From assembly GCA_038227045.1 (NCBI GenBank), contig JBBRQD010000002.1:88343-152342 (forward strand): 64,000 nucleotides of DNA. Reading direction: 5' to 3'. The DNA is from Planctomycetota bacterium. GTDB lineage: Bacteria; Planctomycetota; SZUA-567; H5-PLA8. The position numbers were made by a program, and so were the translations under genes. Shown here piece by piece: positions 49,201 through 57,682 of this stretch. The notes beneath the pieces are model-generated. The model made no database searches. It had not been told where the DNA came from and saw nothing but the letters and a program-made list of their open reading frames with translations. Positions within the stretch are counted from its first letter, which is position 1. Each line of letters opens with the position of its first letter.

Positions 49201-50606
49201 AAAATCTCGGCCAGTTCGCCGTTTTCAAGAATCGCGACGCGGATTTCGCCCGGTTCGGTCGAATTTAGCAGCACCACTTTGCGCACGGTGGACGGTGCAG
49301 ACTGCGGCGCCACCGTCGAGCTTTCATAGGTCGATTCGCGCCAGTTGCGCGAGGTCTTTTGGCGCGGATGCGACGGCGCACCCGCTCTTCCGATGGGCGC
49401 TTGATTTCCGTCCCCTTTGGGGACAAGAAAAGGCGTCGCGAACGCAGGGGCCGCTTCACTTTCCGGCATGTCCGTCGTCAAGGTGGCTGGCGTGTGCGCG
49501 CCCATGTCGGGTGCAGCCGGACCGCCGCTCTCGACCACTACCACGGCATCGTGCCCCACATCGATGGCGTCCATGCAAGCCACGGTCGGTGAATCGTGCT
49601 CGTAAACGCCGGCTGATTCATCGGCCATCGACTCGGCATAATTGCCCCGCTGGTCGGGGCCTTCCTCAACGCCGACTGGGGACGGATGCGCCAAAGTTTC
49701 GAGCGCCGACGCGGAGGGAAGCATCTCTTCGATAACTTGTTCGTTGGGAATGGGCACGCTAGACTCAGAGCCGAAACTCGACAACTCGATGGCTGTCGCG
49801 GCAGCTTCGTGAATTTCCGGTGCTGAAACGGACACTTCAGAAGCGTCCAAAGTATTGGCAACGCGCGCTGGAATGAATGCTTTGGGATGCTGGCCTGGAC
49901 GCCCCTGAGCAAATGGGAAAGCGGGTGCTTCCGACCGTGCCAAGCCCGACACAGGGACATCTGGCGGAACGGCCGCGCCGGCCACATGCGGCCCCGGCGA
50001 AGCGCTAGACTGCGCCGGATGAACGCTCGGCGGTACGGAATGAACGGTGGCTGGTTTCATGGGTTGATGGTTGTGCCGCTGCATTGCGCGCGAGCTGTCA
50101 CGGTCCTGGCGAGGCTGCGCAGAATTCGGTTTGGATTGAAAATGACCCGGGGGCGTGTGCGGGCCTGATTGTGGAAGGCCGCCGCGATTACGATCTCTGT
50201 CCTTGCCACCTTGCCCCTGTCCCTGTTGCCCTGGAAGGGGGCGGTCCCGATCGCGGCCACGCCGCCGGCGGCCGCGGTTCCGATCGCCTCTGTCAGTCCG
50301 GTCGCCTTTGCCACCGCCCTGATTTGTATAGGGCGGCTTGCCTTGAGTTGGAATGAAACCGCCGCGATGGCCCTGCTGGCTCTGGATAATGTTTTCAACA
50401 ATCTGTCCGGCGCGCCGCGCGGCAATTTCATCGGCTTCGCGATCGTCGGGGGAAAGCTGCGGCAGCGCAGACGGCGCGACAGGAGCGACGGGGTGTTCAG
50501 CGCCCTGCGCGCGTTGCGGAAGTTGCACATGTGCAGCCGCATTGTGCCTCTCATGCGCCGAACCTGCTGCGGATTCGTTTTTGGGGTCGTTATTCGTAGC
50601 ATTCAT
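46218..50606 (-). CDS. rne: Ribonuclease E/G with very long N-terminal and intra-S1 low-complexity regions (~1460 aa)
   Basis: GNIYKGRVVNVEPSLQAAFID, GFLHASD, VLVQVAKE, TEALVAIDVNTG, LRDIGGLVMIDFIDM, CPHCSGSG. Start uncertain: first ATG after the TIGR03936 stop chosen, although the frame is open to 51182. Confidence 0.9.
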   Translation of the reverse strand: MNATNNDPKNESAAGSAHERHNAAAHVQLPQRAQGAEHPVAPVAPSALPQLSPDDREADEIAARRAGQIVENIIQSQQGHRGGFIPTQGKPPYTNQGGGKGDRTDRGDRNRGRRRRGRDRDRPLPGQQGQGQGGKDRDRNRGGLPQSGPHTPPGHFQSKPNSAQPRQDRDSSRAMQRHNHQPMKPATVHSVPPSVHPAQSSASPGPHVAGAAVPPDVPVSGLARSEAPAFPFAQGRPGQHPKAFIPARVANTLDASEVSVSAPEIHEAAATAIELSSFGSESSVPIPNEQVIEEMLPSASALETLAHPSPVGVEEGPDQRGNYAESMADESAGVYEHDSPTVACMDAIDVGHDAVVVVESGGPAAPDMGAHTPATLTTDMPESEAAPAFATPFLVPKGDGNQAPIGRAGAPSHPRQKTSRNWRESTYESSTVAPQSAPSTVRKVVLLNSTEPGEIRVAILENGELAEIFMERKSHHQQAGNIYKGRVVNVEPSLQAAFIDLGAERNGFLHASDVIPPNGGYADVLDKKAHEKGRQRQFDKPGDSNPRPQREHRESRDSRDQYREGREKGATPPSVLAARNPSPALSDDFIQTPGVSGSVADGPLLLNRPARPSPRQSAPYSGHSGPGRPQSPAFSPPPAPDMPLELNAPAGSALAGSQAELPVQDAAHSANAPASAELDAPMPILPGQPGFDAKNQNRDSKRRRRRRGGRGRSGRARPSPGLQGGGPVPMLAPQSKGYQQNPEQGEVSHSDQPQPTQAPQEAAAQIHDIASECHAASNELPDSAPSDIPAHVVESNLQTPEIDQPDGDSENASKDAPEAFDAKTGQPDRAQDETASRSVDDTEPDDVDDSDKDDEDDSYDDEDEEQEDESAAAPHTPEEARQIANAADEAARASNGAETETSRSAPASQDDMTDRMDRADELADQLEEDEEHQPVPASGEAASEQEGTDAGQNVNEDGQAAQTRSHAAVQTPEGAEEDEGAPHLDSDESVTASISEIITKSFEPVAAIAPAVAGTEPPRPSPAAPHVRKNNGRKDRVYDRRYTIQEMLREGQEVLVQVAKEGIGQKGPALTTYISLPGRYLVLMPAVSRLGVSKRIDSEEQRRALKEALSQLNPPDDMGVIVRTAGMGRTKDELQRDMEYLMRAWNALKDKTKTSKAPNLIYQEGDVVTRVFRDVLTEDVTEIVIDDPIVMERAREFLRETSPGSEKKLKLYSESEPLFHRYNVEQQMQRLFNRKVNLKNGGSIVIEQTEALVAIDVNTGRFREKRNQDDTILQTNLEAAREIARQLRLRDIGGLVMIDFIDMEISEHKRKVERELKSFLARDKAKINVLPVSSLGVVEMTRQRIRHSLKKTLFDRCPHCSGSGHIKSPESIGLEMLREIKAQVRDKTLRKVKVLLNSHVAYGILNQFRKELVRMEEANGITIEVCGDPGVALSQMQVSIAKEGGDWVLKKVSEVDDYVRNS

Positions 50607-50650
50607 AGAGGGGCCAGACGTGCCATACGTGCTGGATGTGGATGCCGCCG

Positions 50651-51403
50651 CTAGTCGCGCGTCGTCGTTTCGGGATACGACATTGTCTCGAGCAGGCTCG
50701 CCGCTGTCGCGCGCGGATTCGGATCCGGAGGCGTCGTCGCTTCCGCCGTCGCCGTCGGCGGAAAACAGAGATCCATCCGCGTCTTCGTCACCCGCACCTT
50801 CCTCAAATCCTCCAGCGGAATCCCCATCAGCAGGCTTAACACCTCGAGGGGTCTTGCCGAGCCGCTTTGGCTTGGCCGCACCTCGATTTCCAGGTCGCCC
50901 GGCGGCACCGGGTTTAGCGCCAGCAATGCGGGTCGTAGATCGACGCTTTGCACCCGTTTTTCCCTCTGCCTTTTGAAGGGCAGCGTCGTCGCCTGCAGCA
51001 GCGCCTGAATCATCTCCGTCGTCGGAATCGGAATCTCCGCCTCCTGAAGATGAAGCAGGTAATGAATCCGTTCCGGAATCCTCCCCGCTCTGTTCGGAGG
51101 CATCTCCCGAACCGCCGTCAATTCCAAACCCGGGGGTAAAACGAACGCCAGACGGCGTAAAACTTCCTCTGTGTTCAACCATTGATTGAATTCGATTTCC
51201 GCCACTTCATCCAGCGAGGCCACACCCACTTCAAGCGCAACTGGAAATACGATACGGGGCCGGGGATTGAAGCCCTCGGTCAACCGTACCGGCAGACCAG
51301 CCCGGCGCACTGCGCGCATCATCGCGCGCATCAAATCGTGATGGGATATGAAGCGTACAGCCTCACCTTTTTGGAAGCGGATTTCTACCTTTTGCTGGAT
51401 CAT
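50651..51403 (-). CDS. TIGR03936/DUF2344 radical SAM-associated protein
   Basis: RFQKGEAVRFISHHDLMR..RRAGLP..TEGFNPRP...ALEVGVAS..E, VDLRP. Usual position upstream of rne. Confidence 0.9.
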   Translation of the reverse strand: MIQQKVEIRFQKGEAVRFISHHDLMRAMMRAVRRAGLPVRLTEGFNPRPRIVFPVALEVGVASLDEVAEIEFNQWLNTEEVLRRLAFVLPPGLELTAVREMPPNRAGRIPERIHYLLHLQEAEIPIPTTEMIQALLQATTLPFKRQREKRVQSVDLRPALLALNPVPPGDLEIEVRPSQSGSARPLEVLSLLMGIPLEDLRKVRVTKTRMDLCFPPTATAEATTPPDPNPRATAASLLETMSYPETTTRD

Positions 51404-51825
51404 CGCGCCGCCCCGCCTTGCTTGAACCCAAATAAGGGCGGGCCTCGATCAAAATTCGTTTTTGAGAGGCGTAAAGCGCAAGAGACCTGATTTTTATGTA
51501 CCCACCGCCAGCCAGCTCGGGACAATCCCGAGTCTCACAAATGCCATTGCGGGCCGAATTTCGCTAAAAAACTTTTTTCTTCACCGCGGATAGTATTCAC
51601 GGGAATTACACTCATTATAACTTCGAGCCGTGGAGAACGCAACACAATTACCGCAACCACAAGGGGTAAAAATCCAGGAACTTCAATCGGTCAAAAGCCG
51701 TTATTGGCATGAACTTGGAAAAATCGCGCCAAAACACTGCGTGGCATGTATTATCCCGGGGCAGCAATGGTTAGGAGAGCAAACTGAGAAAATCAGAACA
51801 GCATGAAGTTCAATTTAAAATATTT

Positions 51826-51856
51826 AATTCAATATATAATATTTATATATTGAATT
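51826..51856. promoter_or_regulatory. Perfect 14-bp inverted repeat in an AT-rich divergent intergenic region (operator-like)
   Basis: AATTCAATATATAA-TAT-TTATATATTGAATT. Confidence 0.5.
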
Positions 51857-52249
51857 TCTATCTAATATTTTTAAACTACACATGATATTTTTAGTGGAGT
51901 GACAAAAAAACTAAATCTAATCAATCCACATTGCCAATTGTGCCGCAAATAGTCAGTCCATGGCAATGCCCGAACTTTCGCTTTAATCTCATGTGCAGCA
52001 ATTTTACGTGCCGCTTAAATCGTACAAAGTCAATCAAAATAATATATTGCGATTCATGTTTTGACCATAATATAGAGCGGTCACACAATTTTTTGTAAAA
52101 TTACCGCAAACAAATTATTATATGGCACGCCATCCCGCTCAGCGACTAACAGCCTGACGAAGGTTTAGAGCATTTAAAAGTAAATAGAGCGCGTTTGAAG
52201 CAAGCAATGCCATTTTATGACAGCATACCCTTTTTTGAGAGCATAGTTT

Positions 52250-52828
52250 ATGAGAAACAAGGGATTTACGCTGATTGAATTGATGATTGTCGTGGCAATT
52301 ATTGCGATAATCGCGGCCATTGCAATTCCGAATTTGCTGCGCGCGCGCTTGGCGGCGAACGAAACGTCGGCAATCGCCTCATGCAAATCGTTTGCGACCG
52401 CTGAAAACGTTTATCGCCGAACGGATTACAATCACGATGGCATCCTCGAATATTCAAGAGCCCTCTCGGGTGCCAACAGCCTCTTCGAAAACACCTCCGG
52501 AGCCGGCGATGTCGTGCTGATCGATCGCAGCTTCGCATTGGCCGAAGGCTCTCCGCTCTCGACTGCCATTCCTAAAGCCGGATATGTCTTTAACGTCATG
52601 ACGTCACAGGGTCCAGCCGCGCCGGGCGGCGCTCATTCATACATCGATAACAAAGGCCGCATGACTCTCGGATACGCCATGGGGGCGACGGCCAATCAAT
52701 ACGATGGTTCCGGCCGCAACACCTTCGTCATCAACGAAGCCGGAACGACGTATCAGACCGATCAGGGTGTGTCTGGCACGCCGCCAACTGTCTTCAAACC
52801 CAATACTCTCTGGCTCATCGCGGAATAA
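52250..52828 (+). CDS. Type IV prepilin-like protein (DUF2950-like C-terminus)
   Basis: KG|FTLIELMIVVAIIAIIAAIAIP cleavage/methylation motif. PKAGYVF, YDGSGRNTFVINEAG. Confidence 0.9.
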   Translation: MRNKGFTLIELMIVVAIIAIIAAIAIPNLLRARLAANETSAIASCKSFATAENVYRRTDYNHDGILEYSRALSGANSLFENTSGAGDVVLIDRSFALAEGSPLSTAIPKAGYVFNVMTSQGPAAPGGAHSYIDNKGRMTLGYAMGATANQYDGSGRNTFVINEAGTTYQTDQGVSGTPPTVFKPNTLWLIAE

Positions 52829-52857
52829 GTCAGCAGGAGGTGCCCCCTCCTTTGAAT

Positions 52858-52882
52858 GGCCGCCATTATGGCGGCCTTTTTT
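52858..52882 (+). terminator. Intrinsic terminator of the prepilin gene
   Basis: GGCCGCCA-TTA-TGGCGGCC followed by T6. Confidence 0.8.
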
Positions 52883-52909
52883 CAACCATTAAGCTCTTCA
52901 GGAAACCTT

Positions 52910-53046
52910 CACCACGGAGTCACAGAAAGCACAGAGATGGAATTAAATCAATTGACGGAGCACCTTATTGGCGCGGCAATTGAACTTTATACCATCGGCG
53001 GATGATCCAATAGACCATTTTCCATTCCGTTCTCTGTGCCTCTGTG
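52910..53046 (+). pseudogene. GxxExxY-family gene remnant flanked by inverted CACAGAG repeats
   Basis: CACGGAGTCACAGAAAGCACAGAG, then ATG MELNQLTEHLIGAAIELY (52937-53005), then CTCTGTGCCTCTGTG. Confidence 0.6.
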
Positions 53047-53055
53047 ATGCAACAA

Positions 53056-54867
53056 TCACCACGCCTTAAATTCGTCGCGCTCCGCCATCGATTTATAGAC
53101 CGGCTTGCTTTCAAAAACAATCGATTTGAGCAATTCCTCCGCCTTCTTCCGCTGTTCGGTAGACAGAGGTCCATACGCCGGCCGCGCCATTTCCATTCCG
53201 CTCGATTCACACCAGTGCAGATAATTGACCAACGCCTCAGCCGTTTTGAGATTCTTGAAATAAGAGACGTCTTGGTGCACAAGCAAATACGTGGTTCCTC
53301 GGATCGGATAAGGATCCTCAGCCGCAAGCACGCGGGCAACTGCAAACCGGGCCGCTTTGACGCTTTTGTCGTTGGACGGTGCCTGAACCGAAGGTTGCTC
53401 TTTTTCGGCAAACGCAAGCTCAACGTACCCAATCGCTCCATCGACATTCGCAACGATCCAGGCAACACCCTCGTTGCGCTCGCCGGGCGCCCCGATAGGC
53501 CATTTAGTCGCCACCGCGCCGACATTTTTTCGCCACTCTTCGCTGACACCCGCCAAATAATTTGTAAAGTTTCTCGAAGTGCTCGTGTCATCGGACCGGT
53601 GCACCACCACGATATGTGACCTCGGAAGTGTCATGCCGGGGTTTAGCGCCGCAATTTTGGCATCGTTCCACGACTTGATCTTGCCCAGGTAAATTCCCGC
53701 GAGCGTCGGGCCGTCGAGCTTTAAATTCTGCACCGATGGCAAATTGTAGATGGGCACCACCGCCGTCGAAACGGTCGGTATCTGCAAGATTTCCGGAGCC
53801 GTCTTTAACTCGCTGTCCGTCAGAGGCACATCGGACACGGCGAAGTGCGCGGTGCGCGCCTTCAGTGCCTTGATCCCGCTCACATTTCCAGATCTGAAAT
53901 TGGCATGGATATCAGCGTGCGCTTTGTTGTAAGCGGTTGCCCATTCGACATGCAGCGGCGCGGCTAAAGTTGCGCCCGCGCCTTGAACCGCAATGACTTC
54001 AGGCGCGGCATTCGGCGGATTGGATGCGACTTTTTGAATTGGCGATTCCGCTCGGCTCAGCACCAACGCCTCGCGCAGCGTGCTGCGAAATTCCGGAATC
54101 TGCAGCGTCTTTCGATACCGTTCATTCGTCGCCGGCACCTCGCGCGCGAGATAATCCTCCAGCGACGGAACCGTGATCTCCCCAGCCACATCCCGCGCCG
54201 CGCCGCCAAGCCCCTGAATAACCACATGATAAAAAACGCTGTTCCACAACAATCCGGTCTCGAACGAACCCTGCCCTCTCGAGCACCCCAAGAAAACCGC
54301 GCAGCCGCTCGGAAGTTCGGGCTCGGCGGGGTTCACCGCGCTCAGCGGGCGCGCGTCGGTGGGATCGTTGCGGCACGCGTCGATCAAAATCAGTTTGGTC
54401 TTCGCTTTGCAATTCGTCTTCAGAATCCGAAAGAGTTCTTCCAGCGAAAACAGCGACGCGGTGTTATCGAGCGTGGAATCGATGGGGCAGAAGAAAATTC
54501 GGCCGTCGCGTTTAAATTGCACGCCATGTCCGGAGTAAGCGATCAAAACCGTATCCGCGGGCGTGGCATCGGTGCAAAGCTTTAACATCGCCGCGCGAAT
54601 GTTCGCCAAGTTGGATTGAAATTCGTCCGATTTCTTTTCACGCGCGGTCTGCCCGCACAGAATCGCGATATTCTCCGGCGCGAAGTCGAGCGTTTTCAAT
54701 GCCGCGGCAAGCCCGTGAATATCGTCTTCGCAGAACCACAATTGATGCAGCCGGGGATCGCGGCATTCGCGCGCCCCGATGAGCAACGCCAACCGCCGCC
54801 CATCCTCACTCCGCGCACATACCCCGGCCAACACAAGCACGCAGGTCACGCATGCACGGCGAAACAT
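53056..54867 (-). CDS. Exported caspase-like peptidase (C14) fused to a degenerate PstS-like domain
   Basis: Signal peptide MFRRACVTCVLVLAGVCARS. RLALLIG, YSGHG and IDACR dyad. Then GAGAT, AVSD, IYLGKIKSWND, VVHRSD, GAIGYVE, YPI. Start could be 54894. Confidence 0.85.
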   Translation of the reverse strand: MFRRACVTCVLVLAGVCARSEDGRRLALLIGARECRDPRLHQLWFCEDDIHGLAAALKTLDFAPENIAILCGQTAREKKSDEFQSNLANIRAAMLKLCTDATPADTVLIAYSGHGVQFKRDGRIFFCPIDSTLDNTASLFSLEELFRILKTNCKAKTKLILIDACRNDPTDARPLSAVNPAEPELPSGCAVFLGCSRGQGSFETGLLWNSVFYHVVIQGLGGAARDVAGEITVPSLEDYLAREVPATNERYRKTLQIPEFRSTLREALVLSRAESPIQKVASNPPNAAPEVIAVQGAGATLAAPLHVEWATAYNKAHADIHANFRSGNVSGIKALKARTAHFAVSDVPLTDSELKTAPEILQIPTVSTAVVPIYNLPSVQNLKLDGPTLAGIYLGKIKSWNDAKIAALNPGMTLPRSHIVVVHRSDDTSTSRNFTNYLAGVSEEWRKNVGAVATKWPIGAPGERNEGVAWIVANVDGAIGYVELAFAEKEQPSVQAPSNDKSVKAARFAVARVLAAEDPYPIRGTTYLLVHQDVSYFKNLKTAEALVNYLHWCESSGMEMARPAYGPLSTEQRKKAEELLKSIVFESKPVYKSMAERDEFKAW

Positions 54868-54959
54868 CGAAAAGCCTCCTGACTTCGAACTCATTGCGAA
54901 CAAGACTATCGAAATGAATGCGGATAGGAAAGCATGTTTTCGTACCGTATTTCGAATCT

Positions 54960-55847
54960 TTACCCGCGCACGCGCGGCGTCGGCTGCATTAAAATCGGCG
55001 GCGCATTCGTATCTTCCGCGGTCAGGCCGTTGAACATGCGCAGTTCGCCGATGGCCTGCTCGGTGGTCTCCACGCTGCGGGCGGCGTCGTCCACTTCGCT
55101 GGTGATCATGGACGGGTCGTGGCGCGCGACCATCATCTCCGAGAGCGCCGCCACTTTCGACGCGATCCGCGCGAGTTCGAGCTGCACGTAATCCAGATTT
55201 TCTTTCGCGTGATGAAGATTCTCTTTCCGCGCCAGCGCCGACTTGAGCGTATCTTCGACGCTCTTGCGCTTCTTGATCGTGAGATCGTCCTCGGCGGTTT
55301 CGGGGAGTTCAAGCAACTTGCTCTTGGCGGCTTCTTCCAACGCGATGATTTCGCGCTCATCGGTCGATTTTAGAAATTGCAGCAGCGCGCCGTGAGTATG
55401 CAGCAATTTTAAAAACACCCAGAGCATTCGATTGACACCCTGCAACTGGCTTGCGGCGATCTTGTCGATGCCGCCTGAATCGGCGATGTCCGATTCGGAA
55501 ACGCCGGCAGAGCGCATCGATTCGCAGCGGTGTTTTAAAGCATCGAATCGGTCTTTCGATTCCTTGCTCAACCCCATGTACAGCGTATTGAAACGCCGCG
55601 TCAATTCCTCCGACGAGCGCGAGTTCTCTTCGTTGCCGGCTTGTGAATTGACCAGGCGGCGAAAGCGGTCGTTGCCGACCATGGCGGCCAGCAGCGTCAA
55701 CTCGCCGGCGGCAGCCAGCACGAAAACGACCTCGCGGATGCCCGGCGAAAGAATCGTCGCGCCCGCGGCGCCGAACAGATATAGCAAGTTCCAATGCTGC
55801 AAGAACGCCGCCTTCAAATAGTCGCCAAAACCCCTCGGTTCCGACAT
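54960..55847 (-). CDS. Two-TM coiled-coil hypothetical protein
   Basis: MSEPRGFGDYLKAAFLQHWNLLY..., two TM segments, then a long helical region. Confidence 0.75.
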   Translation of the reverse strand: MSEPRGFGDYLKAAFLQHWNLLYLFGAAGATILSPGIREVVFVLAAAGELTLLAAMVGNDRFRRLVNSQAGNEENSRSSEELTRRFNTLYMGLSKESKDRFDALKHRCESMRSAGVSESDIADSGGIDKIAASQLQGVNRMLWVFLKLLHTHGALLQFLKSTDEREIIALEEAAKSKLLELPETAEDDLTIKKRKSVEDTLKSALARKENLHHAKENLDYVQLELARIASKVAALSEMMVARHDPSMITSEVDDAARSVETTEQAIGELRMFNGLTAEDTNAPPILMQPTPRVRG

Positions 55848-55870
55848 TGATTGCTCCGCAATGTTTGTTC

Positions 55871-55920
55871 GGAGTTCAGGCTTTAGCCTGCACGCGAAAA
55901 CAGCCTGAAGGCTGAACTCC
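55871..55920. repeat. REP-like inverted pair
   Basis: GGAGTTCAGGCTTTAGCCTG...CAGCCTGAAGGCTGAACTCC. Confidence 0.75.
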
Positions 55921-55952
55921 AAACTTTTTAATCCACCATGCTGAAATACGCT

Positions 55953-56822
55953 TCAAATCACCCCTGCCTCGGCTTCCATCCGCTGAATTTTCGCGCGAAT
56001 ATATTTGACCCGCTCCGCGAATTCCGGCAGTGCTTGCGATTCCACCGCCGGCAGGGTCGGTCTCGGCGCAAACGACTCTTCAATGATCGTGCCCGGCGCA
56101 TTTGAAAACAAATAGATCCTATCGCCGAGGAAGACCGCCTCCTCAATCGAATGCGTCACAAAAAAAACAGTCGCCTCCGTCTTCGCCCACAGCCCGATTA
56201 ACAAATCCTGCATGCGCAGCCGGGTCATCGGGTCCAGCGCGCCGAACGGCTCATCCATCAGCACGATGCGCGGATTCAAGATCAGCGAGCGCGCGATGGC
56301 TACGCGCTGGCGCATTCCACCCGAAAGCTGATGCGGGTATTTTAACGCGTCGCGCGCGGGATTCAATCCGACGCGCGCGATCCACTCCGCGGCCTGTTCA
56401 TGGCGTTCGCCGCGCGGAACTCCCCGGCACTCCAGCCCGAAGGCGACATTGTCGAGAACCGTGCGGTTGTCGAACGCGGTATACTCCTGAAAAATCATCC
56501 CGCGGTCGGCGGTCGGGCCGGTGACGCGTTCGTTGAACACGAGCACCTCTCCGGATGTCGGCGGATGCTGTGGTTCAAGTCCCGCGATCAGCTTCAATAA
56601 CGTGCTCTTGCCGCAGCCCGATGGCCCAATGATCGCGACCAGCTCGCCCACGCCGACAAGATCCTCGACCTTAAAGGTGACGTTCTGGATCGCGGTAAAT
56701 TCGCGCGCCGTGCCCGCGTTATATTTCTTGGTGACATTTCGAAATTCAACGACATGCGGGCGCGCAAGCGCGGTCGTGACAGGAGTCGCGGAGGCGGCAT
56801 CAGTGGGCGGAGAATTTTCCAT
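55953..56822 (-). CDS. ABC transporter ATPase (NitT/TauT family)
   Basis: GPSGCGKST, LSGGMRQR, VLMDEPFGALD, VTH. Confidence 0.93.
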   Translation of the reverse strand: MENSPPTDAASATPVTTALARPHVVEFRNVTKKYNAGTAREFTAIQNVTFKVEDLVGVGELVAIIGPSGCGKSTLLKLIAGLEPQHPPTSGEVLVFNERVTGPTADRGMIFQEYTAFDNRTVLDNVAFGLECRGVPRGERHEQAAEWIARVGLNPARDALKYPHQLSGGMRQRVAIARSLILNPRIVLMDEPFGALDPMTRLRMQDLLIGLWAKTEATVFFVTHSIEEAVFLGDRIYLFSNAPGTIIEESFAPRPTLPAVESQALPEFAERVKYIRAKIQRMEAEAGVI

Positions 56823-56846
56823 GGTGTCCGAGACGCAGCCTCTCGA

Positions 56847-57644
56847 TCAAGATTCGGTATACGGAAACAGCCAGCGTTGCACAGCGAAAAAGATACGGTC
56901 AATGGTGTACGCCGCGAGCGTAATGGCGACAAGAATTAGATAAATGTGTGCCCGTGGGCCGATGCGTTGCGAGATGTTGATCAATTTGCCGACGCCGTAT
57001 TCCGCGTTGATCAATTCGGCGAGAATAATGTAGCCGAATGCCAGGCCGCAGAGCAGGCGTAGCGACGCTACGATATCCGGCAAAGCCAGAGGTATCAGCA
57101 CCTTGAAAAACGTCTGCATCTTCGACGCGCCAAGTGTAAGCGCGGTTTGAACATACTGTTCCTGAACTTTGGCCACGGCATGTGCAGCGTCGTAGACAAT
57201 GAACATGACACAGGCGATGAAGATAAACATGATCTTCTGCAATTCATCTGTGCCGAACCACAACAGCGTGAGTGGCGCCAGCGCGGAGATTGGCACATTT
57301 CTACCGAAGACCGACACCGGCATGAAGAACGAATGAATGCGCGGCCAGGCGCCGCAGACCACGCCCAGCGGCACGCCGATTAATGCGGCAAGACCAAAGC
57401 CTTCGACCACTCGAACAAGCGACGCAACGAGATTGCGCGAGAGTTCGCGTTCGAACCAAAGCTCTTTGAACGACGCGAGCGTCTCGACGGGGCTCGGCAG
57501 AATCACCTTCGAAATAAAACGATCTTCAGACTCCTTGCCCAGCGTCAACAGCGTCCAGATAGCCAGCAGCGCAAACAGCGACGCGGCCCCGGCCCCGATG
57601 CGCCATTTGACTGTCGGTTCTTCCCGTAATTTAAAGAGATTCAT
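56847..57644 (-). CDS. ABC transporter permease (NitT/TauT family)
   Basis: True start MNLFKLRE at 57644. LPSP, ALTLGAS (EAA loop), IILAELI, GVG. Confidence 0.9.
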   Translation of the reverse strand: MNLFKLREEPTVKWRIGAGAASLFALLAIWTLLTLGKESEDRFISKVILPSPVETLASFKELWFERELSRNLVASLVRVVEGFGLAALIGVPLGVVCGAWPRIHSFFMPVSVFGRNVPISALAPLTLLWFGTDELQKIMFIFIACVMFIVYDAAHAVAKVQEQYVQTALTLGASKMQTFFKVLIPLALPDIVASLRLLCGLAFGYIILAELINAEYGVGKLINISQRIGPRAHIYLILVAITLAAYTIDRIFFAVQRWLFPYTES

Positions 57645-57682
57645 TGACAGGACTCGTTTGTTGACTTGTGTCCAACTTGCAT

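Noticed and set aside
52123-52139. TGGCAC sigma54-like motif upstream of the prepilin
   Set aside because: GG-to-GC spacing is 11 rather than 10 and there is no TTGC.
51490-52249. Possible oriC or dif site in the AT-rich region
   Set aside because: No clustered consensus DnaA boxes or convincing XerC/D arms, and no typical origin-flanking genes.
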